Below are positions 55,201 to 62,632 of a stretch of DNA of 64,000 nt, in pieces. Origin of the DNA: Octopus sinensis (lineage: Eukaryota); NCBI RefSeq assembly GCF_006345805.1, contig NC_042999.1, positions 131,378,001 through 131,442,000 of the forward strand, written 5' to 3'. The first letter of the stretch is position 1. Each line of letters opens with the position of its first letter. The position numbers and the translations under genes were made by a program. Below the pieces are notes generated by a model. The model did no database searches, was not told the DNA's origin, and worked only from the letters and a program-made list of their open reading frames with translations.

Positions 55201-57710
55201 TCTCAGCTGATGGTGACAACAAATTTCTCCAGGGGTTGTATCACTGAAAGTGAAGTTTGTGAGGTTTGAAGTTGTGAAAGACATACTGAGGATGATGGTA
55301 TCAGTCATCCACTTAGCTATCTCGGATAGATTAAGGCAATTAGTGTAGAATTTTCATAAATTTGGTCAATCACAATGTTTGACAAGCATAGGCAGATTTG
55401 ATCAGGAGTGATCAAATAATCTTATGAGACAGATATTGTGTTGACAGATTAATAGTGGGTTTACTTTTGGAATCAGCATGTCATTGAGAGATATGGATAG
55501 GTGAAGGGATTAGCTAGTGCAGATAATTCCCTAGTAATTGTGTGATAGTAATGATAGAATCAAGATAGGATAAATGTCCTAAATGAAAGATAAGAAATAG
55601 TTGAATAATTGTCAGAGGTTGTTTGGAGATTGATAGAGACAGCAAATGCATTTGAAAATGGGGAAGACATATCACGAGTCAGAGTACTGGAGTTTTTGTT
55701 ACAGACATTCAGCTCTGAGAAGATTTTATGCAGTTACAGACACCATATTTCGGAATGATATTGTAATACATTGTGTGGTCTGGACAATAAGAAGAAATGG
55801 ATTAGGGATAGAAAATGGGGAGATCTGTTGGAAACAAAAGTTTCTTGATCCTATAAAAGGCAGATCACATGAGGCATATGTAAGTCAGCTGCTATAGTAT
55901 AGAAGTCAAATAAGGACAATTAATGTAGTGGGTTCTCAGTAATTAGAAATAAGTCAAAAGTGCAATTCAAAAGAAAGGCTGTATGAAAGATTGAAAGAAA
56001 GGCTGCATAACTGACTGACAGATCTCCACTAGTCTTCTCAGATTGTACTGCCCATAATTAATTGTATACAAAACACACACACAAAAAAAAAATGCCAACA
56101 CATATATCTCACTAACTTGCCTTCATATCAACACCAATGTCAAGGCTTCTCACTAACATGCCTTCGTCTCAACACCAATGTCAAAGCTTAACAAACAGGC
56201 CTCTTGAGTATTTGAAAATACTTCTCATACAGCCATTCATGGAATCAAAATAGAGGAGTTATCTATAAGAAAATCCATCAGGAAACCAAAGAATATTTAG
56301 GAGCAAGTGAGTTCGATTAAATTAATCTTAACTTATCATGGCATTAAATGATAAGGTCATAACACACTTGTTTGAGAAGAATGTCTATTTGTAGGTTTTG
56401 TTCAAAAGAGAATTCGAACTCAATACCACAAGATAGAACAGTTGAGCCTCTGTGCGGTCACTCAGCCTGCTAGAACTAGACAGGAAGTCTTCCACAAACT
56501 ATATCCCACTGTCTTAAAACAGAAAGGACATATTGGATATTGCATAAGATACACTGTTTGATAAAAAAAAAATGACAAGGAAGTCATGGTTGGAATGCTT
56601 TTGATTCAAGGCTTGTTGCTTATCCAAAGATGGCCAAGAGTTACACTATAAGAACAACAATTGTTGAGTCTCACACATAAAAACTACAGGATGAAACTAC
56701 AGTGAAATATGCTGTGTTACAAACTTGTTCAAACAGTAGCAACATGTAACAATAGACAATGTGATGATGAGAATAGCAATAGATAAACATTAGATGTAAG
56801 TTTTGTCTGTAATGTTTGATAAATTTAAATGCATCTATTTAAGGGAGGAAATTTAGATTTAAAGCATAGCTTGTGTGTGTGTGTGTGTGTGTGTACGTGC
56901 GTGCACGCGCACATGTTACGTTGAAGATGGGTGGGGGTGAAACAATGTTATATAAAACTTTCCGTGCTCCAGCATGGCCACAGTCAAAATGATTGAAACA
57001 AGTAAAACAGTAAAAGAGTAACAAACTAAATTTCACTGAGAAAAGTAACACTTATGTCTAAATACACCAATCTTACTAATTATTTATTTGTACATCAAAG
57101 TGCCTTCCCAATACCCACTTTTTTTTTAATCCTAGTCTGAGAGTTCTCAACCCTTTTTATCTATGAACCCTTTGATTACTATCTTATTCTGGTGGACCCC
57201 CATAACCATTTGATGTTTAAAAACTAGTTTTATAGAAACTTCTTTCAAAATTCCTATTTTGTCTTTCACACATTAACTTAGGGTAGGCTGAACTATGTAA
57301 AATGTTAGAGAAAGAAGCCAAGCTGTTTCTTGCAAAACATACCAATACATACATCCAAAGTAAAGTTTTTTCAGGGACCTTAAAAATACCAATTTACTAC
57401 TTTGCTGTGTAGACCCCCCTCTGTCTTATTCTGATCCATTATTCAAGAATTTGAGATAACAGGTTTGTGTATTTTTAAGAGCAGATAGTTTTATACTGAT
57501 TCCTGAACCAATCCATGTACTTTAGCATAAAGCCTTGAAGCATAAAGAGTGCTTTAACTGAAAGTAGTCAGTAGCATGAAGTAACTAATTTTCAGTTGGA
57601 AAATCTCTTCGTTCACAGTATGTAGGAATGTATTAGGCAGAACTTCAACAGTGTGTAATCAGTTAATCAATGAGTTCATAAATAATGGGTTCATCAAATC
57701 ACCAGCTGTT

Positions 57711-57748
<38 letters not shown>

Positions 57749-57904
57749 GTGTAAGCATGGCTGTGGGCAGCTTGTTTTGCAACCACATAATTTCAGATTC
57801 AGTCCCACTGTACAGCATCTTGGGAAAGTGTCTTCTACTACAGCCCCAGGTCAACCAAAGCCTTGGGAGAGAATTTGATAGCTGGAAAGTGTGTAAGTCC
57901 ATCG

Positions 57905-57941
<37 letters not shown>

Positions 57942-60900
57942 ATATGTGTGTCTGTGTGAAAGAGAGAGAGAGAGAGTGTGTGTGTAAGTGTGTCTGCTTG
58001 ACAACTAGTGTTGGTATGTTTACAGCTCTGTAACTTAGTGGTTCGGCAAAAATGACCAATAGAATAAGTACCAGATTTAAAAATAAGTATGAGGGTCAAT
58101 TTTTTGACTAAGCCTATTCAGGTAGTGCCCCAGCTTGGCCACAGTCCAATCACTGGAAACAAGTAAAAGGTAAAAGACACAATACAGTTCTATATCTTAG
58201 AGATGAGGAATTATGTACATTATTTACATTTGACAGATATTTGTCCTCATCTTGTTTGTTGTTAACACAACATTTCAGCTGATATACCCTCCAGCCTTCA
58301 TCAGGTGTCTTGGGGAAATTTTGAACCTGGGTTCTCCTTCCTAAGGTATTTTTTGATGTTATTATCATTATTATTATTCAGGTCACTGCCTGGAATCGAT
58401 CTCAGAATCTTAGAGTTAGTAGCCTGGGCTCTTATCCACTATGCCGGGCATATGGCATAGTGGTTAAGAGCACGGGCTACTAACCCCAAGATTCTGAGTT
58501 CGATTCCAGGCAGTGACCTGAATAATAATAATAATAACATTGAAAAATACCTTAGGAATGAGAACCCAGGTTCGAAATTTCTCTAAGAAACCTGATGAAG
58601 GCTGGAGGGTATATCAGCCGAAACGTTGTGCTAACAACAAACAAAATGAGGACAAATATCCATCAAATGTAAATAATGTAAGAGACACAATGTTAAAAAT
58701 AAGAAAAAGGTGCTTACGTAGGTTTTTGTAGACAAGGGAATAATCTCAATAACAAATATACTTATTACAAAAACTGATTGAGTTTTATTTTAGGTCAAAG
58801 TTTTGTAACTCAATCATGATCCACAGTACCAGGATTATCTCAAAGATAATGTGTGTGTGTGTGTGAGAAAAAATCTTCTGTCAAAGATGACACATGAGTG
58901 CTTGGTTTCTGCTGAATGACTTGCACAAATGGTTTTGTTTATAGTGACCAAATATATGTGCTGTACATTAGCTTACTTCTTCCATCGAATCAGTGTTGCC
59001 TGAACAGGTGCACAGTGTACCACATGTCAGGCATCAAAGTGATCACATGGCAACGTAAGATGAAGGGTTTTACTAAAAAAACACAATGCACCATCTGGTC
59101 TAGTAATTGAAACCAGGATCTCACAATTGTGAGCGCAACACCCTAACCACTGGGCCACATATATATATATATATATATATATGACATTACATATATTTCT
59201 ATATTAGAGTAAATTTGGCTTACAGTTGTTTCAAGTAGTCAGTATAGGTATGTTACTGGTAGCTTTACTCAATTGGTCTATTGATCAGTTGAGAAAAATT
59301 GAACGACCTAAAAAAATTAATGCTACTTTCATCAGAATCATTTCTGATAATAACAAAGCAGTGTGTTCTGCTTTGTTATAACCAGAAATGGCTCAGATGA
59401 AAGTAGCATTAATTTTTTTAGATTTTTACACAGTCAAATGTACTCTAATAAAGAAAAACATGTAATCACCATTATTTATAACTTGTCTTATATATATCAC
59501 TGTATGAAAACCAGTTTGACCGGAGCCCAATCACAGATTTACAATACAGAATTGTAGTGATGAACCATAAATTCAGATGCTGCAATAAGAATACTTGGAG
59601 TTCGTCACTAATCTAAACAATATTGTTAGTCTAGTATACCAACAGAGAGCTTATGAAGTATTTTACCTGGTTTGATAATCACTACTAGCTCTGTTATACA
59701 TGCACACACAATATACATATATACACATATATAAGAATGGTAGTCTTAATGTGGATATATTATAAGAGTGCCATATTACTGCAGTATTTGACCTAAGAAA
59801 GTTTCTCATATAGATGTTTAGTGCACAGAAGCACAAAGACACCAGTACCAGGCAAGAACTGTCCAGCACTGGCAGTGGAATTGCTGCATCCCAAGATCTT
59901 GATGTGTTTTGCACTTCATCAGCAGCAGGTATCCACTAATTGCATGTTAGCCAAAATCTCCCTTCCATCAATATTTACGGAGAAAAACGACAACTATTCA
60001 GTCACTGGTGTTGCTATCAGCAGGCAGGCAGGGGAAAAAAATTAGATATTAGCAATGAAGACAGTATTATTACTGAATGGCAGTCTTTGGATCCAACTTA
60101 ATGTGGATGTATTATAAGAGTGCTGTAATATTGCAGCATTCATCCTGAGAAAGTCTCTTGTATAGACACTTAGTGCATAGAAGCACATATTTGCATGTAT
60201 AGTAAAATAATGGATGCAAATTATACAATACGGTCGTCTAATTGCAGTACTGTTTGCAATGAAATGAGGTTAAGAAAGCCTGGGAGAAAGTGATGTGGTT
60301 AGGTCTAAGCAAAGTCAGGAAGTACAAGATTAATGGGTACATTAGAGTTTTAGAATAAGTACACTGTATCCCTGCTTGTTGTAAAAAGTGACTAAAAGGG
60401 TTGGAACTGAGAAATGCATTTGCTCATAAGATATTGCCTTGAAGTCTCGTCCACCTAAAATCCATGATGATGATATATATAAGCTGTTGCATAGACAAAC
60501 CTAATTCATTTAAGCAGCATACAATATGGACATAATAATAATAATAATAATAATAATCCTTTCTACTATAAGCCTGAAATTTGGGGAAGGGGGATAGTTG
60601 ATTACATTGAACTCCAGTACTCAACTGGTACTATTTTATTGACACCAAAAGGATGAAAGGCAAAGTCAACCTTGGTGGAATTTGAACTCAGAACATGAAG
60701 ACACACGATATACCATTAAGCACTTTGCTCAGCGTGCTAACGATTCTCCCAGCTCGCCACCTTCATAATAATAACAACAATAATACAGATAATTGTAGTA
60801 TTGTCTTGATGTAAATCATATTTAACAGAGGAACTCAAAGTAAATAAAGATAGAAACAATGGTTTCAAATTCTGGCACAAGGCCAAGAATTTTGGGGAAG

Positions 60901-62632
60901 GTGGGTAAGTTGATTATACCAACCCCAGTGTTCAACTGGTACTTATTTTATGAACCTCAAAAGGATGAAAGGCATAGTTGACCTCAGCTGAATTTGAACT
61001 CAGAGCATAAAGATGGTCAAAAGGCTGCTAAGCATTTTGCCTGGCATGCTTATGATTCTGCCAGCTCACCATGTTAACCCTCTAGCATTTAAACTAGCCA
61101 TATCTGGCCCCAAATTTTTCATCTGTTTTATGTTCAAACTGGCCATATTTAGCCTCTCACACCTACCTAACAATGTCATTGTAAAAATAAACAATCACAT
61201 CATTGAAATCTCAAAGCCACAAGATAATACATGATTAAATTCAAAACAATGCAATACATCAGCATTACATTCGACAGAGTAATCTGAATGCTAAAGGGTT
61301 AAATAAAGATATAGACAATAACATGCCCCAACATGGCTGCAGTCTAATGACTGAAATGAGCAAACAATTACAATTTACCAGCTAAACATTGAAACTGATC
61401 TCCATTGTCTAGATACATCTACATGTCAAAACATTTTAAAATGAACAGTAAACATATGGTTGGTTACTTGCCAGTTGACAATAAGCTAAAAGCTATGTTT
61501 TATTTAAAAGTTCTAAATTTTTAATGAAGAATGTACTATAAAACAGTTGTTAAATGTTTAAAATAGTTGTCCTCATATAGATTTCACATTGGTCCTGGTA
61601 CAAGAAGGAAAGAAATTATGTTGAAGGCTGTCTGTAACTCTATATTTGCAAAGTATTACTTAACAATATTGTAATGGAAAATTTTTGAGAAACTAAGAAG
61701 AAAAAAAAAATATCTGCCATTTTATTTCCTGGTTGAATAGTCAGTTTCAAATAATGTCCTAATCTAAACAAACATCTAAGTCATGCTAATATGGAAAAAT
61801 AAAAATGCAAAAAAATAGATTAAATTTTCAGTGCAGATATATAATTTTTTCATTGGGTCAATCAAAGCTTTGTGAGCGGATTTGGTAGATGGAAACTGAA
61901 AAAAGCCCATCGTGTGTGTGTGCACGCGTGCACACGCGTGTGTGCTTGTCCCACACACACACACACGTAATTGCTTGACAAGCAATGTTGGTGTGTTTAC
62001 GTCCCTGTAACTAGCAGTTCAGCAAAAGATACCAATAGAATAAGTACTAGGCTTACAAAGACTAAGTCCTAGGGTCAATTTGTTTGACTAAAGGCAGTGC
62101 TCCTGCATGGCCATAGTCAAACGACTGGAACAAGTATAAAAAAAAAAGTTTAATGAAAGCATTGAGTACTTTATTTTCCCAGCTCCAGCAATAACAAATC
62201 AAGAATAAAGAATGAACCTGCAGAAAATAAATATTGGTTTTAAATTTTGGCACAGGGCCAGCAATTTCAGGGAGCAGGTAAGTCAATTACATCAACCCCA
62301 GTGCTCAACTGGTACTTATGTTATTGACCTTGAAAGAATGAAAGGCAAAGTCAACCTCAACGTAATTTGAATTCAGAATGTAAAGACTGATGAAATACTG
62401 CTAAGCATTTTTCCTGATGCACTATCGATTCTGCCAGCTTGTTGCCTCACAAAAGAATAAATATTAATTACAAGAAGCAGAAGTACTTACTAATCTTTTT
62501 TCCATGTCTGTGCCAGAGCCCTGGATGCTTAAATCTAGCTTTTTTGCTGTGTTCATGCATGCTGATCGCACTTGTTCAACTCTTTTTTCAACACTAAGTA
62601 AATCCTCAGAAAGAACCTCGGATTTTTCTGCT
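9135..62632 (-). CDS. ARHGAP17/ARHGAP44: Multi-exon N-BAR + RhoGAP gene (ARHGAP17/ARHGAP44/RhoGAP92B family); partial, 15 exons mapped
   Basis: Spliced translation: (R)AEKSEVLSEDLLSVEKR...KKLP...DIPTIVKLRKHLNKLTLDMDSARNRW (BAR), then KPVYGV..GLFRIAG..ALKQYLRELPEPLLT..NKMTASNIAIVIGPNLLW (RhoGAP), then a Ser/Thr/Pro-rich tail. All introns are GT-AG with consistent phases. The start codon is outside the window. Confidence 0.95.
11335..11948 (+). mobile_element. RTE-clade LINE 3' fragment
   Basis: GKVYRNCV..MLYGSETW..LRRTERAIVR; (Q)WYGHV in a shifted frame; (GAT)n tail. Confidence 0.85.
14092..14317 (+). mobile_element. piggyBac-type MITE copy
   Basis: Aligns to 61074-61302; ends ctaaagggttaa. 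Confidence 0.75.
15700..15912 (-). mobile_element. tRNA-derived SINE family A (Meta/MESC-like core) with 17-bp TSD
   Basis: A box TGGCAGAATC, B box GAGTTCAAAT, core GCCTTTCATCCTTT..AAAATAAGTACCAG; TSD ctataacacacaatatt. Confidence 0.85.
18530..18609 (-). CDS. ARHGAP17/ARHGAP44: Exon, RhoGAP end: PTVLSTGNFSVIIETIINNADYIFPG
   Basis: attcag / gtaaga, 80 nt, phase 2 to 1. Confidence 0.93.
18880..18993. mobile_element. Short hAT-type MITE
   Basis: caggcatggcc...tgcccatggctg ends; 8-bp TSD ctttaaat/gtttaaat. Confidence 0.6.
19378..19600 (+). mobile_element. tRNA-derived SINE family D; reverse copy at ~58880-59155
   Basis: AGCTTAGTGGTTAGGGTGTTGC..GTTTCGATTCC A/B boxes. Confidence 0.6.
19640..20050 (+). 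mobile_element. Degraded CR1-like RT fragment
   Basis: Weak remnants resembling the RT region (YIND, YIDG). Confidence 0.35.
20157..20550 (-). mobile_element. SINE family A, two adjacent copies (one young, CpG-rich)
   Basis: Core and A/B boxes. Confidence 0.85.
20626..20742 (-). CDS. ARHGAP17/ARHGAP44: Exon, RhoGAP: YLVKFLAKLAKCSDTNKMTASNIAIVIGPNLLWSSDES(L)
   Basis: ttgcag / gtaagt, 117 nt; NKMxxxNIAIVxGPNL motif. Confidence 0.96.
20956..21272 (+). mobile_element. hAT-type MITE with 8-bp TSD; second copy at ~57140-57450
   Basis: caggggttctcaa...ttgcaaaccactg ends; TSD atgtagaa/atgtagag. Confidence 0.8.
21545..21870 (-). mobile_element. SINE family A with internal duplication
   Basis: Core present twice; degenerate TSD tacttaaatctactatt/tacttgaatctaatatt. 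Confidence 0.8.
22353..22427 (-). CDS. ARHGAP17/ARHGAP44: Exon, RhoGAP: PQDQRLAALTATVNKLPKENYDNF(R)
   Basis: tttcag / gtgtgt, 75 nt, phase 2 to 2; LPxxN motif. Confidence 0.93.
22531..22983 (+). mobile_element. Young GC-rich SINE-like element with internal ~60-bp tandem units and RTE-type (GAT)n tail (family C)
   Basis: Repeated ggcacctgtgtcggtggcacataaaaacaccatccgagcgtggccgttcgccagcc units; ends catgctagcatggaaggcggacgttaaatgatgatg. Confidence 0.8.
24038..24133. repeat. (TA)n/(TACA)n microsatellite
   Basis: Seen directly. Confidence 0.9.
24329..24738. mobile_element. Second copy of the fold-back tRNA-head/hammerhead element, with an internal deletion in the right arm
   Basis: Same start (agttctatat..agagatgaggaatt), same centre (ccatatgccc-ac-gggcacatgg) and same end (caaatgtaaataatgta); sits in (TA)n. 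Confidence 0.8.
24940..25024 (-). CDS. ARHGAP17/ARHGAP44: Exon, RhoGAP: ALKQYLRELPEPLLTFHLYAEFVQSVQ(L)
   Basis: acttag / gtaagt, 85 nt, phase 1 to 2; LKxYLRELPEPLLT motif. Confidence 0.96.
25141..25204 (-). CDS. ARHGAP17/ARHGAP44: Exon, RhoGAP: ASFDAGIVDMEEYEHDLHTVA(G)
   Basis: ttttag / gtaagt, 64 nt, phase 0 to 1. Confidence 0.94.
25444..25984. mobile_element. Young RTE-type LINE insertion with an inverted 5' segment and a 10-bp TSD
   Basis: TSD aaatgttgat at 25434-25443 and 25985-25994; minus-strand 3' end REVWRSMVNSIVSTTVE* plus (GAT)n at 25444-25510; plus-strand 5'UTR-like region and ORF start at 25511-25984; CpG-rich. Confidence 0.7.
27162..27220. promoter_or_regulatory. Heat-shock-element-like array of 12 alternating nGAAn/nTTCn pentamers
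   Basis: aGAAg tTTCt aGAAc tTTCt aGAAg tTTCa aGAAg tTTCa aGAAt, then after a 1-nt slip tTTCt aGAAt aTTCt. Confidence 0.55.
27580..27627 (-). CDS. ARHGAP17/ARHGAP44: Exon, RhoGAP arginine finger: GLFRIAGMASKVKKLK
   Basis: tttcag / gtaacc, 48 nt; intact (E)GLFR catalytic motif. Confidence 0.95.
28543..28670 (-). CDS. ARHGAP17/ARHGAP44: Exon, RhoGAP start: (D)TNPVKPVYGVCLLDHLKVTERNIALVIEGCVCTLVDTGLEEE
   Basis: ccacag / gtagga, 128 nt, phase 1 to 0. Confidence 0.95.
28878..29258 (-). mobile_element. SINE family A, two copies
   Basis: Core similarity. Confidence 0.75.
29262..30535 (+). mobile_element. Degraded RTE-clade LINE (RT domain to 3' tail)
   Basis: Remnants LAFIDLEKA and MLHGSKTW; ends ..catggaaaaccagacataaaaacaatgatgatgatga; many stops. 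Confidence 0.75.
30915..31315 (+). mobile_element. SINE family B
   Basis: Full-length similarity. Confidence 0.75.
31320..31660 (+). mobile_element. Non-LTR retroelement 3'UTR-like fragment with (AAT)n tail
   Basis: GC-richer block ending ctctctcactcaataataataat; family not identified. Confidence 0.4.
31925..32580 (+). mobile_element. R4/Dong-like non-LTR retrotransposon C-terminal fragment
   Basis: DRLYLYRRKGGR, YGQF, CAAQKQAI, KCRM, IHWELC and ENENCKILWD remnants across frames. Confidence 0.7.
32587..32797 (-). mobile_element. SINE family A
   Basis: Full-length copy. Confidence 0.85.
32826..32907 (-). CDS. ARHGAP17/ARHGAP44: Exon, BAR end: LMTAQANYHRNALETIDRVIPKVKQMI
   Basis: ttgcag / gtatgt, 82 nt, phase 0 to 1; AQxxYH motif. 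Confidence 0.93.
33394..33623. mobile_element. Second piggyBac-like MITE family
   Basis: ttaatccttttg...caaaaggattaa inverted ends with TTAA. Confidence 0.55.
35130..35357 (-). mobile_element. piggyBac-type MITE copy, 22 nt from an exon donor
   Basis: Reverse complement of the 61074-61302 family. Confidence 0.75.
35380..35448 (-). CDS. ARHGAP17/ARHGAP44: Exon, BAR: DALAIEMLNFIAKENDHCEKLVA
   Basis: tttcag / gtaagt, 69 nt, phase 0 to 0. Confidence 0.93.
37229..37416 (+). mobile_element. Penelope-like terminal-repeat fragment in (CT)n/(TA)n, with a variant minimal hammerhead at 37287-37322
   Basis: CTTT-CTGTTGA-A-GAG(cctaga)CTC-GAAA-CGTA-AAAG; microsatellites on both sides. Confidence 0.55.
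37802..37922 (-). CDS. ARHGAP17/ARHGAP44: Exon, BAR: WTTAVRQSQLNSNNMAAAAYKADLIRGELEDAANKVDSAK
   Basis: ttgcag / gtatga, 121 nt, phase 2 to 0. Confidence 0.93.
38050..39440 (-). mobile_element. Highly degraded CR1/L2-like LINE fragment
   Basis: Disrupted minus-strand ORF remnants with an RT-like DDT motif near 38480; no intact frame. Confidence 0.5.
39984..40060 (-). CDS. ARHGAP17/ARHGAP44: Exon, BAR: NDIPTIVKLRKHLNKLTLDMDSARN(R)
   Basis: ttacag / gtaaat, 77 nt, phase 0 to 2; LDxDS motif. Confidence 0.94.
40989..41205 (+). mobile_element. SINE family A, the only plus-strand copy seen
   Basis: aggcagtgagctgacagaatcgttagc...gaaaccaa. Confidence 0.85.
43655..43900 (+). mobile_element. Rex1/Babar-like LINE 3' fragment
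   Basis: KAQKQLHFLRML and NCIAAWYGNC remnants. Confidence 0.55.
44549..44660 (-). CDS. ARHGAP17/ARHGAP44: Exon, BAR: NVFHLCGECQNGQAKELLNYELEVENTVLNPLNLILE
   Basis: ttttag / gtaagt, 112 nt, phase 2 to 0. Confidence 0.93.
45046..45523 (+). mobile_element. Family C SINE-like element with internal repeats and (GAT)n tail
   Basis: Repeated gtgccggtggcacgtaaaa units; same 3' end as 22531-22983. Confidence 0.8.
47088..47164 (-). CDS. ARHGAP17/ARHGAP44: Exon, BAR: KKLPETGIGHTMLESATTLGLDSVL(G)
   Basis: tttcag / gtaaat, 77 nt, phase 0 to 2; KKLP motif. Confidence 0.93.
47881..49181 (-). mobile_element. Decayed full-length mariner-family DNA transposon (~1.3 kb)
   Basis: Minus-strand SLYSLDLAPSD (YSPDLAP motif) near 48170-48200; degenerate inverted ends caagggctgaaccaaaattatg / caagggttgtactgaagtaatg. 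Confidence 0.75.
50091..50203. repeat. ~113-bp near-perfect inverted repeat (hairpin)
   Basis: aatataaatgagtaacggtagaagtacaagtgtca..ccattatggctgtt-tct-aacggccataatgg..tgacacttgtacctctactgttactcatttatatt. Confidence 0.85.
50462..50832 (+). mobile_element. Helentron/DINE-1-like non-autonomous element
   Basis: 5' ttattacctctgc..ggcggaggta inverted repeat, (GTTT)n tract, short 3' hairpin before ttgttt. Confidence 0.6.
52031..52420 (+). mobile_element. tRNA-derived SINE family B (CORE-like, internal (TG)n); other copies at ~2378-2760(-), 3185-3351(-), 13012-13140(+), 24134-24300(+), 26580-26750(-), 30915-31315(+), 34208-34430(-), 57747-58176(+), 61855-62140(+)
   Basis: Head ggtgcaggcatggct..aagaagtttgcttcccaaccacatggtt..ttcagtccca; 3' end gtgctccag(c/t)atggc..tgactgaaacaagtaa. 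Confidence 0.8.
53190..55100 (-). mobile_element. Ty3/Gypsy (Mag/K02A2.6-like) LTR retrotransposon relic: LTR end, PBS, gag, start of RT
   Basis: ..ataACA-cc-TGGCGATGAGG PBS-like site at ~54803-54814; gag FPAYYRRYKEIF..KVRL and FKSLIFVQGL; RT KIRLCADFSTGLN near 53290-53325; frameshifts. Confidence 0.85.
55200..55930 (-). mobile_element. Degraded CR1-like LINE fragment
   Basis: Composition like 38-39 kb; PSIP- and SDTTPG-like remnants. Confidence 0.35.
56107..56189. repeat. 41-bp tandem duplication
   Basis: tctcactaac(t/a)tgccttc..caacaccaatgtcaa(g/a)gct twice. Confidence 0.8.
57140..57450 (+). mobile_element. hAT-type MITE, same family as 20956-21272
   Basis: Colinear similarity along its length. 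Confidence 0.7.
57747..58176 (+). mobile_element. SINE family B, directly next to the fold-back element
   Basis: Full-length similarity. Confidence 0.75.
58264..58309 (-). ncRNA. Minimal type I hammerhead ribozyme motif (stem I intact, two C>T changes at CpG)
   Basis: GACAC-CTGATGA-A-GGCTG..CAGCT-GAAA-TGTT-GTGTT. Confidence 0.55.
58587..58632 (+). ncRNA. Minimal type I hammerhead ribozyme motif (core intact, stem I degenerate)
   Basis: CTGATGA-A-GGCTG(10-nt loop)CAGCC-GAAA-CGTT-GTGCT. Confidence 0.6.
60558..61070 (-). mobile_element. SINE family A, two copies
   Basis: Copies at 60558-60762 and 60861-61070. Confidence 0.85.
61074..61302 (+). mobile_element. piggyBac-type MITE (~225 bp); other copies at ~1111-1333(+), 14092-14317(+), 18708-18845(+, partial), 35130-35357(-), 45917-46131(-), 63414-63615(-)
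   Basis: ttaa-CCCTCTAGCATT...AATGCTAAAGGG-ttaa inverted ends with TTAA target site; seven alignable copies. Confidence 0.8.
62236..62447 (-). mobile_element. SINE family A
   Basis: Full-length copy; aataaatatt TSD. Confidence 0.85.
62491..62632 (-). CDS. ARHGAP17/ARHGAP44: Exon, BAR start: AEKSEVLSEDLLSVEKRVEQVRSACMNTAKKLDLSIQGSGTDMEKRL
   Basis: ttttacag acceptor, gtaagt donor, 142 nt; matches RAEKTEVLSEDLL of the vertebrate family. Confidence 0.95.

Larger units (their letters stand above)
58184..58680. mobile_element. Fold-back non-autonomous retroelement: two head-to-head tRNA-like heads, each followed by a minimal hammerhead motif (Penelope-like/retrozyme-like)
   Basis: ~230-bp inverted arms about a centre at ~58450; A/B-box-like TGGCATAGTGG and GAGTTCGATTCC; CTGATGA..GAAA cores; flanking taaaagacacaat/taagagacacaat direct repeat. 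Confidence 0.8.

Noticed and set aside
58447-58518. Functional tRNA gene (anticodon ACT)
   Set aside because: The acceptor stem pairs poorly, there is no poly-T terminator, and it is embedded in a repeated element; it is a SINE-type head.
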